Virus record (IMG/VR): IMGVR_UViG_3300012931_000759
Span: 186,001 to 250,000 of that record
Strand: one strand, 5' to 3'
DNA: 64,000 bases
How positions within the stretch are numbered: the stretch's first letter is position 1; every line of letters starts with the position of its first letter. The notes beneath the pieces were generated by a model that had not been told where the DNA came from, ran no database searches, and was given only the letters and a program-made list of their open reading frames with translations. Shown here in pieces: positions 36,674-47,278 of this stretch. Made by a program: the position numbers and the translations under genes.

Positions 36674-38269
36674 ATGTCTCGCAGCAGGTTTCGCGCTTCG
36701 GCGCTCGACCCCAATGATAGTTTTTCTTTCGCCAACGTCACTGTCGATGGATACTCCGGCGAAGAACTAAACGAGGGGTACCAGACCGGTATTGTCCTTA
36801 AGTACGGTCCGACAGGCGCAACCAAGCTGACGCTGGCCGCAGCCGACGGCGCCATCACCCAGAGCGGCACGGGCCTCGTGTCGTTCAACGGCAACGTTCA
36901 TGCAAATAACGACATGCTGGTTCTCGGCAACTTCACGGTTATGGGTACTACGACCGAGATCGACACTGACCAGATGTTCGTGACCGATCCGATCACGACC
37001 CTGAACGCTTCGGGCAGCGAGCTGCTCAGCCAGTGGTCCGGTCTCTCAATCCGCGACGCTGACGGCTACAACCGCATCGGCTGGTCTTTCGATGGCTACT
37101 GGGCCCTCTCCACGGCAGCCGTGGCAGGTATGGACGCCAACCCCGATAGGGCAATCGCCTTCGTGGGCTCCACTTTCACCAATGGTGACCTGTCCGTGAT
37201 CTCGTCGCATGCCGGTTCTGGTGCGCATAAGGTCGGTGTCTTTCCGACCGGCAACCTGATCTCCGACAATGTCCAGAATGCCCTCGAGGAACTACAGGGC
37301 GAGATCGATGCCCTGATCCCCGGTTCTGTCACTTCGGCTGAGGGCACTACGAGCCTCAACTGGACCATCCACAAGTACGATGCTCCGTTCACGCAGGAGT
37401 CCCCTTGCCTGATCGAGCACGGCGGGAACGGCCTTGGCAGCGAGCTCGACGGCTATCTTTGTACCATCACAGATCCGACCCAGCCCTACCGGATGCAGTT
37501 CAAGATGTACAAAGACGCCGTCCTTATCGATCCCTCCGTCCATATCGGTGTCTACGGAGGCGTCGAGGATCTGAACTCTAGCCTGGTGTTCAACGCTGGC
37601 ACGGGCGCGGCCGCCAAAATCGCAAGCATCAAGCTGTGGGGTACTGAGGATAGGCTGATCTACGACGCCACCGAGCACAATTTTGCCGGTCCCGTCGAGA
37701 TGTACAACAGTCTCCTGGTCGATGGCTACCTCGACGCCTACGGTAACGTGGCTCTTGGCGACTCTTCGTCCGACACCCTGTACGTCGGCGCGACTATCGT
37801 AAGCAGCCTCCTGCCGGAGAACAACCTACACCTGCTAGGCGACCCGACGCACCGCTGGATGGACGGCTACTTCGACTTCTTCGTCCCGACCTACTACACG
37901 CCGGTCGGCAGCAACTACAGCCTCGAGGGGCACCTGAAGGGCATTGACGCGAAGCTGGGAACCATTACCAACTTCACGCACGGCGCCTACATTATCACGG
38001 CTGGCGAGGCTGCCACTGACACGCTGGACTCGTCGCGGGCGGTCAACCAAGGGATCCAGGCGGATGTGGGCTCGCTCACGGACACACAGTTCCTTAACAA
38101 CGTTTACGTCTACCTTGACGGCCAGCTGCTCCTGAACGATACGGCAAAGCGAGCCAACAACGGGGCAGTCGTGAACGACGTGGCCAGGGACAGCGCGACC
38201 CCCAGCCTGCTGCGCTTCAACCGCGACGTTAAGAAGGGTGCGATCCTACAGATTGTTATCACGATGTAG
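36674..38269 (+). CDS. Probably abundant virion fibre/structural protein
   Basis: GGAGG RBS, strong codon bias; GNFTVMGTTT...V.DP.ITLN and NVQNALEEL fibre motifs; 6 DGY. Confidence 0.7.
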   Translation: MSRSRFRASALDPNDSFSFANVTVDGYSGEELNEGYQTGIVLKYGPTGATKLTLAAADGAITQSGTGLVSFNGNVHANNDMLVLGNFTVMGTTTEIDTDQMFVTDPITTLNASGSELLSQWSGLSIRDADGYNRIGWSFDGYWALSTAAVAGMDANPDRAIAFVGSTFTNGDLSVISSHAGSGAHKVGVFPTGNLISDNVQNALEELQGEIDALIPGSVTSAEGTTSLNWTIHKYDAPFTQESPCLIEHGGNGLGSELDGYLCTITDPTQPYRMQFKMYKDAVLIDPSVHIGVYGGVEDLNSSLVFNAGTGAAAKIASIKLWGTEDRLIYDATEHNFAGPVEMYNSLLVDGYLDAYGNVALGDSSSDTLYVGATIVSSLLPENNLHLLGDPTHRWMDGYFDFFVPTYYTPVGSNYSLEGHLKGIDAKLGTITNFTHGAYIITAGEAATDTLDSSRAVNQGIQADVGSLTDTQFLNNVYVYLDGQLLLNDTAKRANNGAVVNDVARDSATPSLLRFNRDVKKGAILQIVITM

Positions 38270-38292
38270 GCATGAGATAGGCACGACAACCT

Positions 38293-38322
38293 ACGGGGCG
38301 GCGGCTTCCGCCGCCCCGTTTT
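38293..38322 (+). terminator. Rho-independent terminator
   Basis: ACGGGGCGGCGG-CTT-CCGCCGCCCCGT-TTT. Confidence 0.8.
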
Positions 38323-38341
38323 CAGTAAGTGGGGAGGAAAG

Positions 38342-38749
38342 ATGGAGCGGAAGGTATCACTAGATGACAAATCCTCGGAGACGATTGAGATGCTGGCCGA
38401 CGTGTTTGACGACCTACAGACCGCCCTTGAGCCAATCCGAGACAAAGCGCTGGACGAACGGGCGCGTCTCGTGGGGTACGCCCAGTGTGCCGAGCAGATG
38501 ATCAAGATCATCGCGGATCAGGTCGCGGGCCTGCGGGAGCTGGCCAAGAAAAAAATGGCCGCCCCGACGGCCGAGCTTGTTCCTAAGAGGCCGGACGGGA
38601 ATCCGACTACAGCTTCGGCCTCGTTCGCAATGGGGCAGGAGAAGCCGACTGCGGTACAACCCGCGTCTAAGAATGGAACGCCGAAAAACGGACGTACGCG
38701 CATGAAGACCTTGAAGGAGGTCACAAGAGGTGGTGACAATAGCGCTTAG
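38342..38749 (+). CDS. Hypothetical coiled-coil protein
   Basis: GGAGG RBS. Confidence 0.65.
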   Translation: MERKVSLDDKSSETIEMLADVFDDLQTALEPIRDKALDERARLVGYAQCAEQMIKIIADQVAGLRELAKKKMAAPTAELVPKRPDGNPTTASASFAMGQEKPTAVQPASKNGTPKNGRTRMKTLKEVTRGGDNSA

Positions 38750-39032
38750 GAGTTCCGGGGGCGCGCTTGAGCACCTCCATGTCAAAGACGACCTCAGCGG
38801 CCAGGTGGACGGCTACAGTACCGTCTTTACTACCACCTTTGAGTACAAGTTCGGCAGCCTAATAGTGTTCCTCGGCGGCCAGGCGATGTTGAACGGGGCC
38901 GACAATGATTTCGTCGAAAGTGGCCCCCAGGAGTTTACCTGGGTCAACGACCTGATAGGCCCTCCAGGATCCGGGGTGGGCAGCTGCGAAACTACGATGT
39001 TCGCGTACTACGAGCGCGTCCTGCCGACATGA
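38730..39032 (+). CDS. Small putative virion protein
   Basis: DLSGQVDGYSTVF; VFLGGQ domain. Confidence 0.65.
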   Translation: MVTIALRSSGGALEHLHVKDDLSGQVDGYSTVFTTTFEYKFGSLIVFLGGQAMLNGADNDFVESGPQEFTWVNDLIGPPGSGVGSCETTMFAYYERVLPT

Positions 39033-39040
39033 GGTGACTA

Positions 39041-39361
39041 ATGGCCATTGGGCCCTTCAAGGCGGGAGATATTGTCCGCATTCCGCTGGCCGTCACATTG
39101 GACGGGAAGGCACTCGCGGTGGCGAATCCGCGCATCCAGCGGCTGATACTGCCAGACCACACTGATGCACCAGGATACCCGGCCGCGATGTCGGAAGCCG
39201 AGCCTGGCGTGTACTACTTGGAGCGCCAGCTGTTCGTGATCGGAAACTACACCGCAATCATACGGTGCGAGCTGGACGCAAGCACGCTGGAAGGGATCGA
39301 GTCGTTCAACGTCCAACAGCCCTTCGGATTCCCGAGGATAGAGAGGGCGTGCGATTCGTAA
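39041..39361 (+). CDS. Small Ig-like virion protein
   Basis: GAGG RBS; PGVYY...GNY. Confidence 0.55.
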   Translation: MAIGPFKAGDIVRIPLAVTLDGKALAVANPRIQRLILPDHTDAPGYPAAMSEAEPGVYYLERQLFVIGNYTAIIRCELDASTLEGIESFNVQQPFGFPRIERACDS

Positions 39362-39382
39362 GTATCTGGAGGTGACCGTCGC

Positions 39383-40273
39383 ATGGCGACAAGCTGCGAA
39401 ACCAGGACAGTGATCATCGGCCATTCCATTAACCTCGAGATCAAGGTGCTGAACGCGCTTGGCCAGCCCACGGATGCCGACAGTGCGCCATGGGTCGAGA
39501 TCAAGGACTCCAACGGAAGCACAGTGCGTCCGCTGTCGCCCTCGGGCGTCATACGTCTTGACACTGGCATGTACCAATTCACCTATGCGCCTTCTGGATC
39601 CGCTAGGACCGGTATCTGGACCGACCATTGGCGCGCCGTTGTGGATGGCTTTACCACGGACGCATCCCTACAGTTTATCGTGCTCAGCACGAATGCATCC
39701 ATCGACGTGGCCGGTCTCCAGATCGGCGACGCTCCCTGTAAAGTCTACAGCCAGGCGGAAATCGCGGGTATCAACATCCTGCTGGCGCAGCTGAAATGCC
39801 GCCTAAAGAACAACGCCAAGGCGGAAACCCTGGACGAGTACGGCCAGAAAACCTTTGTCGACTGCCCGATCTTCACTGACGATGAGCTACTGTGCTTCTT
39901 GAATAGCAGTCTCTCGGAGTTCAACCAGACGCCCCATTGGACTAGCTTCAGCTATGACAGTTCCATTATCTACGAGCGCAACGCCCATGTGGTTGTGGAG
40001 GGCGCGTACATTGTTGCTCTTGCTGCACAGATGCTGGTCGAGGCAGGACGAGAGTTTACGATTAATGACAATGGTATTAGCCTTTTGCCGCCTCCGTTGT
40101 CAACCACGATGAACAACCAGTTCGGCGCCTTGTTGACGGCGCATACAGAACGTCTGAAGTATATCAAATGTAGTATGAAACCCTCACCTGTAGGCGTAGG
40201 TACGCTAAGAGTGCTTGCAGTGTCTCCCGCATTTTTGAGATTGAGACATTTGCGGCAACGTCAAATCATTTAA
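39383..40273 (+). CDS. Putative head-tail connector/neck protein
   Basis: Ig-like N-terminus plus FTDDELLCFL...EFN..P helical adaptor-like domain. Confidence 0.6.
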   Translation: MATSCETRTVIIGHSINLEIKVLNALGQPTDADSAPWVEIKDSNGSTVRPLSPSGVIRLDTGMYQFTYAPSGSARTGIWTDHWRAVVDGFTTDASLQFIVLSTNASIDVAGLQIGDAPCKVYSQAEIAGINILLAQLKCRLKNNAKAETLDEYGQKTFVDCPIFTDDELLCFLNSSLSEFNQTPHWTSFSYDSSIIYERNAHVVVEGAYIVALAAQMLVEAGREFTINDNGISLLPPPLSTTMNNQFGALLTAHTERLKYIKCSMKPSPVGVGTLRVLAVSPAFLRLRHLRQRQII

Positions 40274-40296
40274 GAAAGGTTATAAAATGGAAACCA

Positions 40297-40491
40297 GTGT
40301 TCGGGGAAACGGCATTCTGGAAAATATCCGTCAATGATCAGACAAGGGAGCGCATCCTGTTGAAGAAGGGTTGGCGGCACATCTCAGTGATTTACGACGG
40401 TGGACACAACCCTATTTTTGTGCGTCGGATCGTGGATGAGATTGTTGCTATACTGCCGACAGATTGGGTCGGCAAAAGAGAATTGCGATGA
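40297..40491 (+). pseudogene. Probable C-terminal remnant of a Vsr-like endonuclease
   Basis: Low GC; KPVFGETAFWK...D..RE..L.KKGW..I resembles the C-terminus of 2979..3644. Confidence 0.35.
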
Positions 40492-40763
40492 GTATTTGTA
40501 AGAGAGCCATAGAGTACGCTGGGGTGGCCAATCCAACCACCCCAGATGAGATGCGTATCGAGATCCTCGGACTGCGCAACGCAATCAGGCAGGCCGAGGA
40601 GTTGATAAGCCGACACGAGCAGGCGATGGAGATTGCTGCCTACATGAGGAGGCTCGCCGCAGTCGGCCCGGAAGAGACGCAGAATGCTATCGAGGGAGAA
40701 GCTGATATCCGAACTCCGGAAGGAACTCAAGCGGAGCCTAGTGGCCCTCCGCTTGTGCGATAG
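40488..40763 (+). CDS. Hypothetical protein
   Basis: ATG 40488; coiled-coil-like. Confidence 0.5.
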   Translation: MSICKRAIEYAGVANPTTPDEMRIEILGLRNAIRQAEELISRHEQAMEIAAYMRRLAAVGPEETQNAIEGEADIRTPEGTQAEPSGPPLVR

Positions 40764-40774
40764 GATGGAGGGAT

Positions 40775-41260
40775 TTGGCTATGCCGATGTCGTCAGGCAC
40801 TTTCAGGGACATGGATCGCCGGGAACTGGTAAAGCGCATTCGCCGGGAATTGAAGAACGAAAAGGCTATCCTCGAGATCCTGGACAAGTACAATCTTGAT
40901 CCATCCATAATCGACCATGTGTCCATCAAGTTCGAGCCTCTGGATGTCTCGGCGAAAACTGTGGATGGCCACGTCATTCTCAACGAGAGGCTGCTTGATG
41001 GCGACTGGCGCGATATTGTCCGCTACGCAACCCACGAGTTGACCCATGTTGCACAACAGACCACCTCCGATATAGAAAAAACACAGGATCTCGATTACTT
41101 GGATGATCCTTATGAAAAAGAAGCTTTCCGGACACAAAGGAAAGTAATGGAGGAACTCTACGATCCGGAGGAAATACAGTCATATCTTGAAGGTTTGGTT
41201 GACCATCATGGTCTAAAAGGCAAGGAACGTCTCCGCAAGATCAGGGAATTGAAGCGGTAG
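40775..41260 (+). CDS. HEXXH zinc metallopeptidase-like protein (start possibly 40811)
   Basis: THELTHVAQ...PYEKEAF. Confidence 0.7.
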   Translation: MAMPMSSGTFRDMDRRELVKRIRRELKNEKAILEILDKYNLDPSIIDHVSIKFEPLDVSAKTVDGHVILNERLLDGDWRDIVRYATHELTHVAQQTTSDIEKTQDLDYLDDPYEKEAFRTQRKVMEELYDPEEIQSYLEGLVDHHGLKGKERLRKIRELKR

Positions 41261-41273
41261 GCTTAGGAGCACC

Positions 41274-43259
41274 ATGGCCGCCTTCACGAAGTTCATGCCC
41301 GCCCCAGGGCAAACGGGGGTTCCGCGAACCGCCGTGGTAGGGTTTACTATCCTGGACGAACCGAACGGCGTCCAGATAGACACGCTTGCCGTGTCGATGG
41401 ATGGCCAGCAGGCCATCTACGGGGGCGTCTTCGTGAACGGCTTCTCGGGCCGGATCTTCGCCGGATCCGGGACGCATGTGGTGGGCATCTATCCAAGAGG
41501 GCCAACATACCTGTCGGCCGCGACCGAGATCGACGTTGGCATCAGCGTCCTTGACGCCTACGACGCGGTTGACGCATACGATTACCAGTTCTACACCGCC
41601 GGGTTTGTGCCGCCGCCTCCGCCGCCCCCACCCCCTCCGGGCGGGAGAGCCTGCCTGACGGGAAGGCCCTCCTTTATCAGCAATAATGCAGGCCTTCAGG
41701 CCGCATTGGACCAAGGTACCGGAACCGAGGCCGCACTTTTGTGGAACGAAGCAGCTCCAAGCGACGAGAGCGATTTTGTCGTCTACAACATCTACCTCGC
41801 CACCAAGCGGGTCGATGTGTTCGGAGCGCCTCCTGGTTTTCTCGTAACGGCCCAACAGGCGACCATCGGAGGTCTGCCACCAGGCGACACGCGATACTTT
41901 GGGGTGCGCGCGTCCGAAGTTATACCGGCCGTGTCGAGCCTTGAGGGGTTGCGCCATGTCGGCCCAAACATGTATGCCTATCCATCGACGACTCTTGATG
42001 GGTATCTGCTGGATACCAATATGGCTCTCCAGGTGGCGTCAGTCGATGGTTTCCCCGAATTCGGCATCGTCGAGATCGAAACGGAGCTTGTCCGGTATCT
42101 GGAGCTGCGGCAATTCCCGCCAGCCTTGGTTACGGATGCTACGGGACGCGGATACCTTGGTACAATAGCTGCGTCGTATCCCTCCGGAACCCCGATTCTG
42201 CTGTGGCGGGGAAACGAGGACGGCAACACCATAATAGCCGAGGCAACTCCGACGTTCCAGAAGCAGAACTACGCCCTGACGCACGTGCTCGGGGATGGGT
42301 ATGGTCCGGACGGATACAGGGATGGGTACGACGGATACGCCCCGGCGGACGGGTATTTTTTTCCGCGCCAGGTCAAGCGCGACGACATCACGACTGACGG
42401 GAGCAACAACGACGCGCAAGGCGACTTCAACCGCTTTGACTACTGTGGAACTTGGCGTCGGCTAGCTCCGGTTGACTTTTGGAAGGGGCAGTGTAGCGGC
42501 AGCTATTTCGGCGGGGTTCAGCTCCGGGACGGCCAGCTTGTTCGCGCGAACAACATCCAGGACCAGATGCTCCAGCGCGAAGAGTTGCTGCTAGAGACGA
42601 CCGGGGAGCCGTTCGTCCTCATGCGGCGACTGTGGACTGGGATACGCTGTAGCTGCTTCATGCTACGGCGCGAGCATCCCGATGCGCGATGCCCGGTGTG
42701 TTTCAACACCGGATTCGTGACCGGCTACGAACAGTTCCTCAATCCGCGTAGGTCGGACGGGCGCATACTGGTTAGGGTCGACCCGGCGGTCGACAATCTG
42801 CTGATCGGGGACAAGGACGGGCTTACGCCCGACTACAAGCCAGGCAGCTGGACGATGGCGTTCCCGGCAATCAAGGACAGGGATGTACTGGTGCGGTTTA
42901 ATACCGATAACACTGAGGAATTCAGGTACGAAATCCTCGACGTAACCCGTGTGCGCGGTTTTTTTGCCCAATCGGGGGTACAGAAATTCAACATGCAACG
43001 GTTCCACAAAACGGACATCGTGTATCAGTGTGTGGTAACAAGGGATTTTTCCCCATATGCTGATACTTTGGTCACCGGTGTTGCCGCAGCCCCCGGAATA
43101 CAGCCACACACCCATTTGGTACATGTGCCACATGGTTCCAGCTTGGCACGGTTTAACGGAACTACATCCATAAACGCTGGTAGCGAAAGACACAGTCATG
43201 TGGTGAGGCAGGGCAAGGTCCAGATAGTTATCGGGCATACGCACACGCTGGCAGGATAA
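41274..43259 (+). CDS. Putative neck/head-closure protein with Ig/FN3-like domains
   Basis: Poly-Pro linker; TGEPFVL.RR..TG.RC.C...CPVC..TG; DRDVLVR...RYEI; 6 DGY. Confidence 0.6.
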   Translation: MAAFTKFMPAPGQTGVPRTAVVGFTILDEPNGVQIDTLAVSMDGQQAIYGGVFVNGFSGRIFAGSGTHVVGIYPRGPTYLSAATEIDVGISVLDAYDAVDAYDYQFYTAGFVPPPPPPPPPPGGRACLTGRPSFISNNAGLQAALDQGTGTEAALLWNEAAPSDESDFVVYNIYLATKRVDVFGAPPGFLVTAQQATIGGLPPGDTRYFGVRASEVIPAVSSLEGLRHVGPNMYAYPSTTLDGYLLDTNMALQVASVDGFPEFGIVEIETELVRYLELRQFPPALVTDATGRGYLGTIAASYPSGTPILLWRGNEDGNTIIAEATPTFQKQNYALTHVLGDGYGPDGYRDGYDGYAPADGYFFPRQVKRDDITTDGSNNDAQGDFNRFDYCGTWRRLAPVDFWKGQCSGSYFGGVQLRDGQLVRANNIQDQMLQREELLLETTGEPFVLMRRLWTGIRCSCFMLRREHPDARCPVCFNTGFVTGYEQFLNPRRSDGRILVRVDPAVDNLLIGDKDGLTPDYKPGSWTMAFPAIKDRDVLVRFNTDNTEEFRYEILDVTRVRGFFAQSGVQKFNMQRFHKTDIVYQCVVTRDFSPYADTLVTGVAAAPGIQPHTHLVHVPHGSSLARFNGTTSINAGSERHSHVVRQGKVQIVIGHTHTLAG

Positions 43260-43375
43260 AGGAAAACTTATGGGGTCGGATATGTGAAAGCCCGTACTAT
43301 TTTGACAGAACAAGGCGCGGCGGTTTCCGGGTGGGGTTGCCGCAATGAACGCTTACCGATGGAGGATTGCGCAAC

Positions 43376-46300
43376 ATGACATCTCAATACCCTGGAGCCA
43401 TCGATGGCTACCAGAACATAAGGATTGTCAGGGATTCCATCGATGAGGTTTTGGCGAAGGATCACAACGATAATCGCAGCGCTGTGGTGGCGATTGAGCA
43501 GTCGCTCGGGATCAGGCCCCAAGGTACCTATGGCACCGTCGTGGCGCGGCTAGACCAGGCCGACACGGATTTCGCCACGCATATCAACGGCATTGATTTC
43601 AGGCATGTGGCCGACCACATCGACTATCCGGGCAGCAGCCCGTCCTCTTTTGCCGACGGCTACATGCTGAGCCCGGCCAAGCTTGGCCGGACCGTCAGCG
43701 AAATAGTGGCAAGGATCGGAGCCTCTACTCCGGCGGGCGCGAGCGGAGCCGACAAAATCGGCATAACTCCCTACACCGACCCGTACTTCAAGTACTCGCA
43801 TCCCAGCGCCCAGGTCAGAGGCCAGATCCTCGGAATCCAGAACGACCTGGCAGAGAACGCCACATTACTTGAGCGCACCCTTGGGGCATTTGTGGTGGAT
43901 GGGATGGGGGTCACGGATCCATATGGTACCGGCAACATAGCGCGCGTGGCTGCCGGGCACATCGTGAGCGACGGGCGACTCCTGCGGTTCAATGGCGGAG
44001 ACCTGGCCGTACCTTCGGCCGGCAGTCCCACAATCTACTACGTCTACGCAGTGATCAACAATGGCAGCGTGTCGATCGGCATCGACGATGCCACCTTGCC
44101 CTCGATGGATCCCCTGAACCCGGCCGTGCTCCTGCGTAAGATTGTGCGTGACAGCGGCATCTGGGATTCCAATCTGTCGACAGACATTCGGCGCTATGGC
44201 ATGTTGGTGAACAGCAAGAATTTCTTCTCCGTGGGTAAGACGCCCTCCGGAGGAAAGGACGGCTACGGATGCGATTTCCTGTCCTTGAAGGCCGCCGTTG
44301 ACTATGTTAGGGCACTAACCCCCTCCAGCAAATTGATAGCGTCCTTGCGGATTGAGTTGGCAACCGACATCATCATCACCAGCGATTCCGAGCTTGAGAT
44401 TCTTATCGAAACAGATGGCCTGGTGATCGATGGCTGTGGAAAACGGGTTATTGCTACCACGGGGGTCAGCCACGCCCTTTTCAGCATCCAGGCAAACAAT
44501 GTCAAGATCGAGAACCTGACGCTTGTGTCTAATTGCTCAAGCCCTTTTCTGAGGTTTGCAGACCTTGGCACCACCAGCAGCGTAGATAACCTCCACATCA
44601 ACAACTGTGGAATCGACGCATATCCTGGCCAGGCATCCGGCGATATGTTCCTCCTGTTCGGAGAGACGACCGGTGCCCTTACTGTTTTTAACGCCTTCAT
44701 CACGGACAATATGGCAAACGTGGTGAACGGCGGAATCGTTTGCGCGGCTGTCAACCCGTACACCCAAGTTCTCCAGGACGCCAAGATCACCGGCAACATC
44801 ATCCAACAGCAAACGCTGGCTGCGGTTGCCTCGCCAGGAATCCAAGCATCGGTGAACTGCGTTGTGTCCGACAACCTCGTCATCGGAGGTTTTGTTAGCG
44901 GCATTTGTCTCAATGCGCCCGTGAATACAAGGGTGTCGAATAACGTCGTCCTTGGAACGGACTATTCGACCGTTGCTATGCCCACTGGAATCGCCATTTG
45001 GGTCCCCGGACCTTCTGGAAATGGGTATGGTGCCTTGGTCACACAAAACATTATCAGGGGAGTCAACAATTTCGGCATCGACAATAATGCCGGGGCGCAG
45101 GCTGGTCAACTGACGTTGATTGCGAACAACACTATCGATAACAGCAACATTTCTACATGGTCATACGGGGCGTTCGGCATCAATGTCTATAGTTACGAAG
45201 TTCCTGTCCTGGATAATAAGATAATTTGGATGGGATACCCAATCTACCAAGCCAACTATGTGGTTGGGAATGATATCTATGGTCACGGAATTGCGGCAGG
45301 TGACGGAATCTTATGCGTGCCGAGTTCCTCCAAGATACTAATTTGTAATAACCGCATTTACAATCTCGTCATAGATTATAATCTATATCCGACAGGCTCA
45401 GCCATCAATATAAATGGTACAGATCAGGCAGTAGTGTCCGGAAACGAAATCCAGAACTGTAGCGTTAGTGGGGGCGTATATCTGAACGCTGGCATTACGA
45501 TGGGTCGCGGCACGGAAGCAACAGTCCTAGGGAATGTGATTTCATACCCAACCATTGGAACAAATAACATGTTTGGTGTTTCAGACATTGGTGACAACTC
45601 GATTGTGTACGGCAACATAGTGACCAACCAACAGTATGGGGCTTTCTTTGTCAGTTCGGCCAATCATGTATCCTTTATTGGTAATAAGGTTTACAACTGC
45701 GGCGCGACAGGCATTGAGATGACGGATACTGCCGGAAGCATGGTTGTCGACAATCTCCTAGTCATCGATGATCCCACACTGAATCCAGGATCAGGTATCA
45801 ATGGCTTCTCCAGCAACTGCGTAGTAGCATCGAACATCGTAGTGGGATACGCGGCCGGAAGTTACGGTATCGCAGGCAACTTTGGCTCTTTCCGGTCGAC
45901 AGTCGTGGCCAATAATATGGTTCTTGGTCTACATGCTGACACCCAAGGCGCGATCATTATGGCTGGCGGATGGCGCGACATCTCCGTGGTTAATAATATC
46001 ATATGTAACACAAAGGGGTTTGGCATCGACATGACTGGTTCCGCTCGCAGTATTGTCTCGGGGAACCTACTGCTGGGAACGCCAACTGGTTCAGGATCTG
46101 GAATTGACAAGGTTGGGCAATATTCCGTGGTCGCTAACAATGCAATCCTCGAATACGGCAATGGCACCACTGGGTTCGGAATCAGCCTACTGGACGCCTA
46201 TTCCAGCGTGGTTATTGGCAATACGATTGCCGCCGGTCCCGACATGACCAAGGGTATTTATCTCGATGCTAATGTTGGATCCGTCGACAATCTGATCGCC

Positions 46301-47275
46301 GATAATATACTGAACGGTCTAGTGTATGTTGGAATAGACCTGGTCAGTCCAGCGGTAGCCGGTTACGGTGGCAGTTTCCGACACACCGTCGCAAACAATA
46401 TCGTCATCGGGACAAGCCAGAATAATAATGCGCCCGGCATCGAGAACGCGGCCAGTCAGTCGGTAGTGGTTGGAAACCATATTGTTTACCCGAACGGTGA
46501 GGGTATCCATGTGGTCGGGAACGGCGCCCTTGTGGGTAACAATAGCGTGATGGAGCCACAGGGACACGGTATCTATTTTTACGGTGGAACTGGAGTCACA
46601 ATCCTAAGTGGACTAGTTGTCGGCAACATTGTGTCCCAGAGCACAGAGAATGGAAGCGGAATTATAGTCGGAAACTCATGGGCTATCAGTATAACTGGTA
46701 ACTACGCGTACGGCTTCATTACCGGAATCTCCCTATGGCAGTTCGATGGTGGCTCCAGCATTGATTGTTCGGTTTGCGGAAATTATATCCTACAGGATCC
46801 AGTTGCCCCTGTAGGATATGCTGGCATCTATGCTGACACTACGTGTACAAGTCTCAGCATTGTGGGAAACTTCATCTTCGGATCTCAAATAGGTATCGAA
46901 TTGTTTTCCGGGGCTGTGCTAATTTCCTCGAATCAGATTGTGTGGCACAGGACTGTCGGTATTGAGGCTCATGGTATGGATGAGTTGTGTATCGTGAGCA
47001 ACTTAGTGGGTCCGCCATACCCGCTCACCCTCACAGCCGACGGCATCGATTTGACGGGGTGTATCAAAACATTGGTGGTAGGAAACCTTGCCTACGCGCA
47101 GAACATCCTCGGTTTTGGGTTTGGGACAAGTTTTGTTATCGACAGTTCGCAGCCCTCTGACGGTCTGGTGATGACTGGCAATCTCGGCAGGGCGGGTGCT
47201 GCCGCCCCATCGGACGGCGCTGGCGGAAACTGGTCGAGCGACTGGGTGATCGACGACTGTCGATGGATTTTCTAG
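43376..47275 (+). CDS. Right-handed beta-helix (pectin-lyase-like) spike/fibre protein
   Basis: Many (V/I).GN.I...GI repeats; N-terminal anchor shared with 49335; 3 DGY. Confidence 0.8.
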   Translation: MTSQYPGAIDGYQNIRIVRDSIDEVLAKDHNDNRSAVVAIEQSLGIRPQGTYGTVVARLDQADTDFATHINGIDFRHVADHIDYPGSSPSSFADGYMLSPAKLGRTVSEIVARIGASTPAGASGADKIGITPYTDPYFKYSHPSAQVRGQILGIQNDLAENATLLERTLGAFVVDGMGVTDPYGTGNIARVAAGHIVSDGRLLRFNGGDLAVPSAGSPTIYYVYAVINNGSVSIGIDDATLPSMDPLNPAVLLRKIVRDSGIWDSNLSTDIRRYGMLVNSKNFFSVGKTPSGGKDGYGCDFLSLKAAVDYVRALTPSSKLIASLRIELATDIIITSDSELEILIETDGLVIDGCGKRVIATTGVSHALFSIQANNVKIENLTLVSNCSSPFLRFADLGTTSSVDNLHINNCGIDAYPGQASGDMFLLFGETTGALTVFNAFITDNMANVVNGGIVCAAVNPYTQVLQDAKITGNIIQQQTLAAVASPGIQASVNCVVSDNLVIGGFVSGICLNAPVNTRVSNNVVLGTDYSTVAMPTGIAIWVPGPSGNGYGALVTQNIIRGVNNFGIDNNAGAQAGQLTLIANNTIDNSNISTWSYGAFGINVYSYEVPVLDNKIIWMGYPIYQANYVVGNDIYGHGIAAGDGILCVPSSSKILICNNRIYNLVIDYNLYPTGSAININGTDQAVVSGNEIQNCSVSGGVYLNAGITMGRGTEATVLGNVISYPTIGTNNMFGVSDIGDNSIVYGNIVTNQQYGAFFVSSANHVSFIGNKVYNCGATGIEMTDTAGSMVVDNLLVIDDPTLNPGSGINGFSSNCVVASNIVVGYAAGSYGIAGNFGSFRSTVVANNMVLGLHADTQGAIIMAGGWRDISVVNNIICNTKGFGIDMTGSARSIVSGNLLLGTPTGSGSGIDKVGQYSVVANNAILEYGNGTTGFGISLLDAYSSVVIGNTIAAGPDMTKGIYLDANVGSVDNLIADNILNGLVYVGIDLVSPAVAGYGGSFRHTVANNIVIGTSQNNNAPGIENAASQSVVVGNHIVYPNGEGIHVVGNGALVGNNSVMEPQGHGIYFYGGTGVTILSGLVVGNIVSQSTENGSGIIVGNSWAISITGNYAYGFITGISLWQFDGGSSIDCSVCGNYILQDPVAPVGYAGIYADTTCTSLSIVGNFIFGSQIGIELFSGAVLISSNQIVWHRTVGIEAHGMDELCIVSNLVGPPYPLTLTADGIDLTGCIKTLVVGNLAYAQNILGFGFGTSFVIDSSQPSDGLVMTGNLGRAGAAAPSDGAGGNWSSDWVIDDCRWIF

Positions 47276-47278
47276 GAG

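Noticed and set aside
40684-40899. ORF MLSREKLISELRKELK resembling the N-terminus of the 40775 peptidase
   Set aside because: Short helical similarity, overlaps two other ORFs and has a weak RBS; cannot be distinguished from chance.
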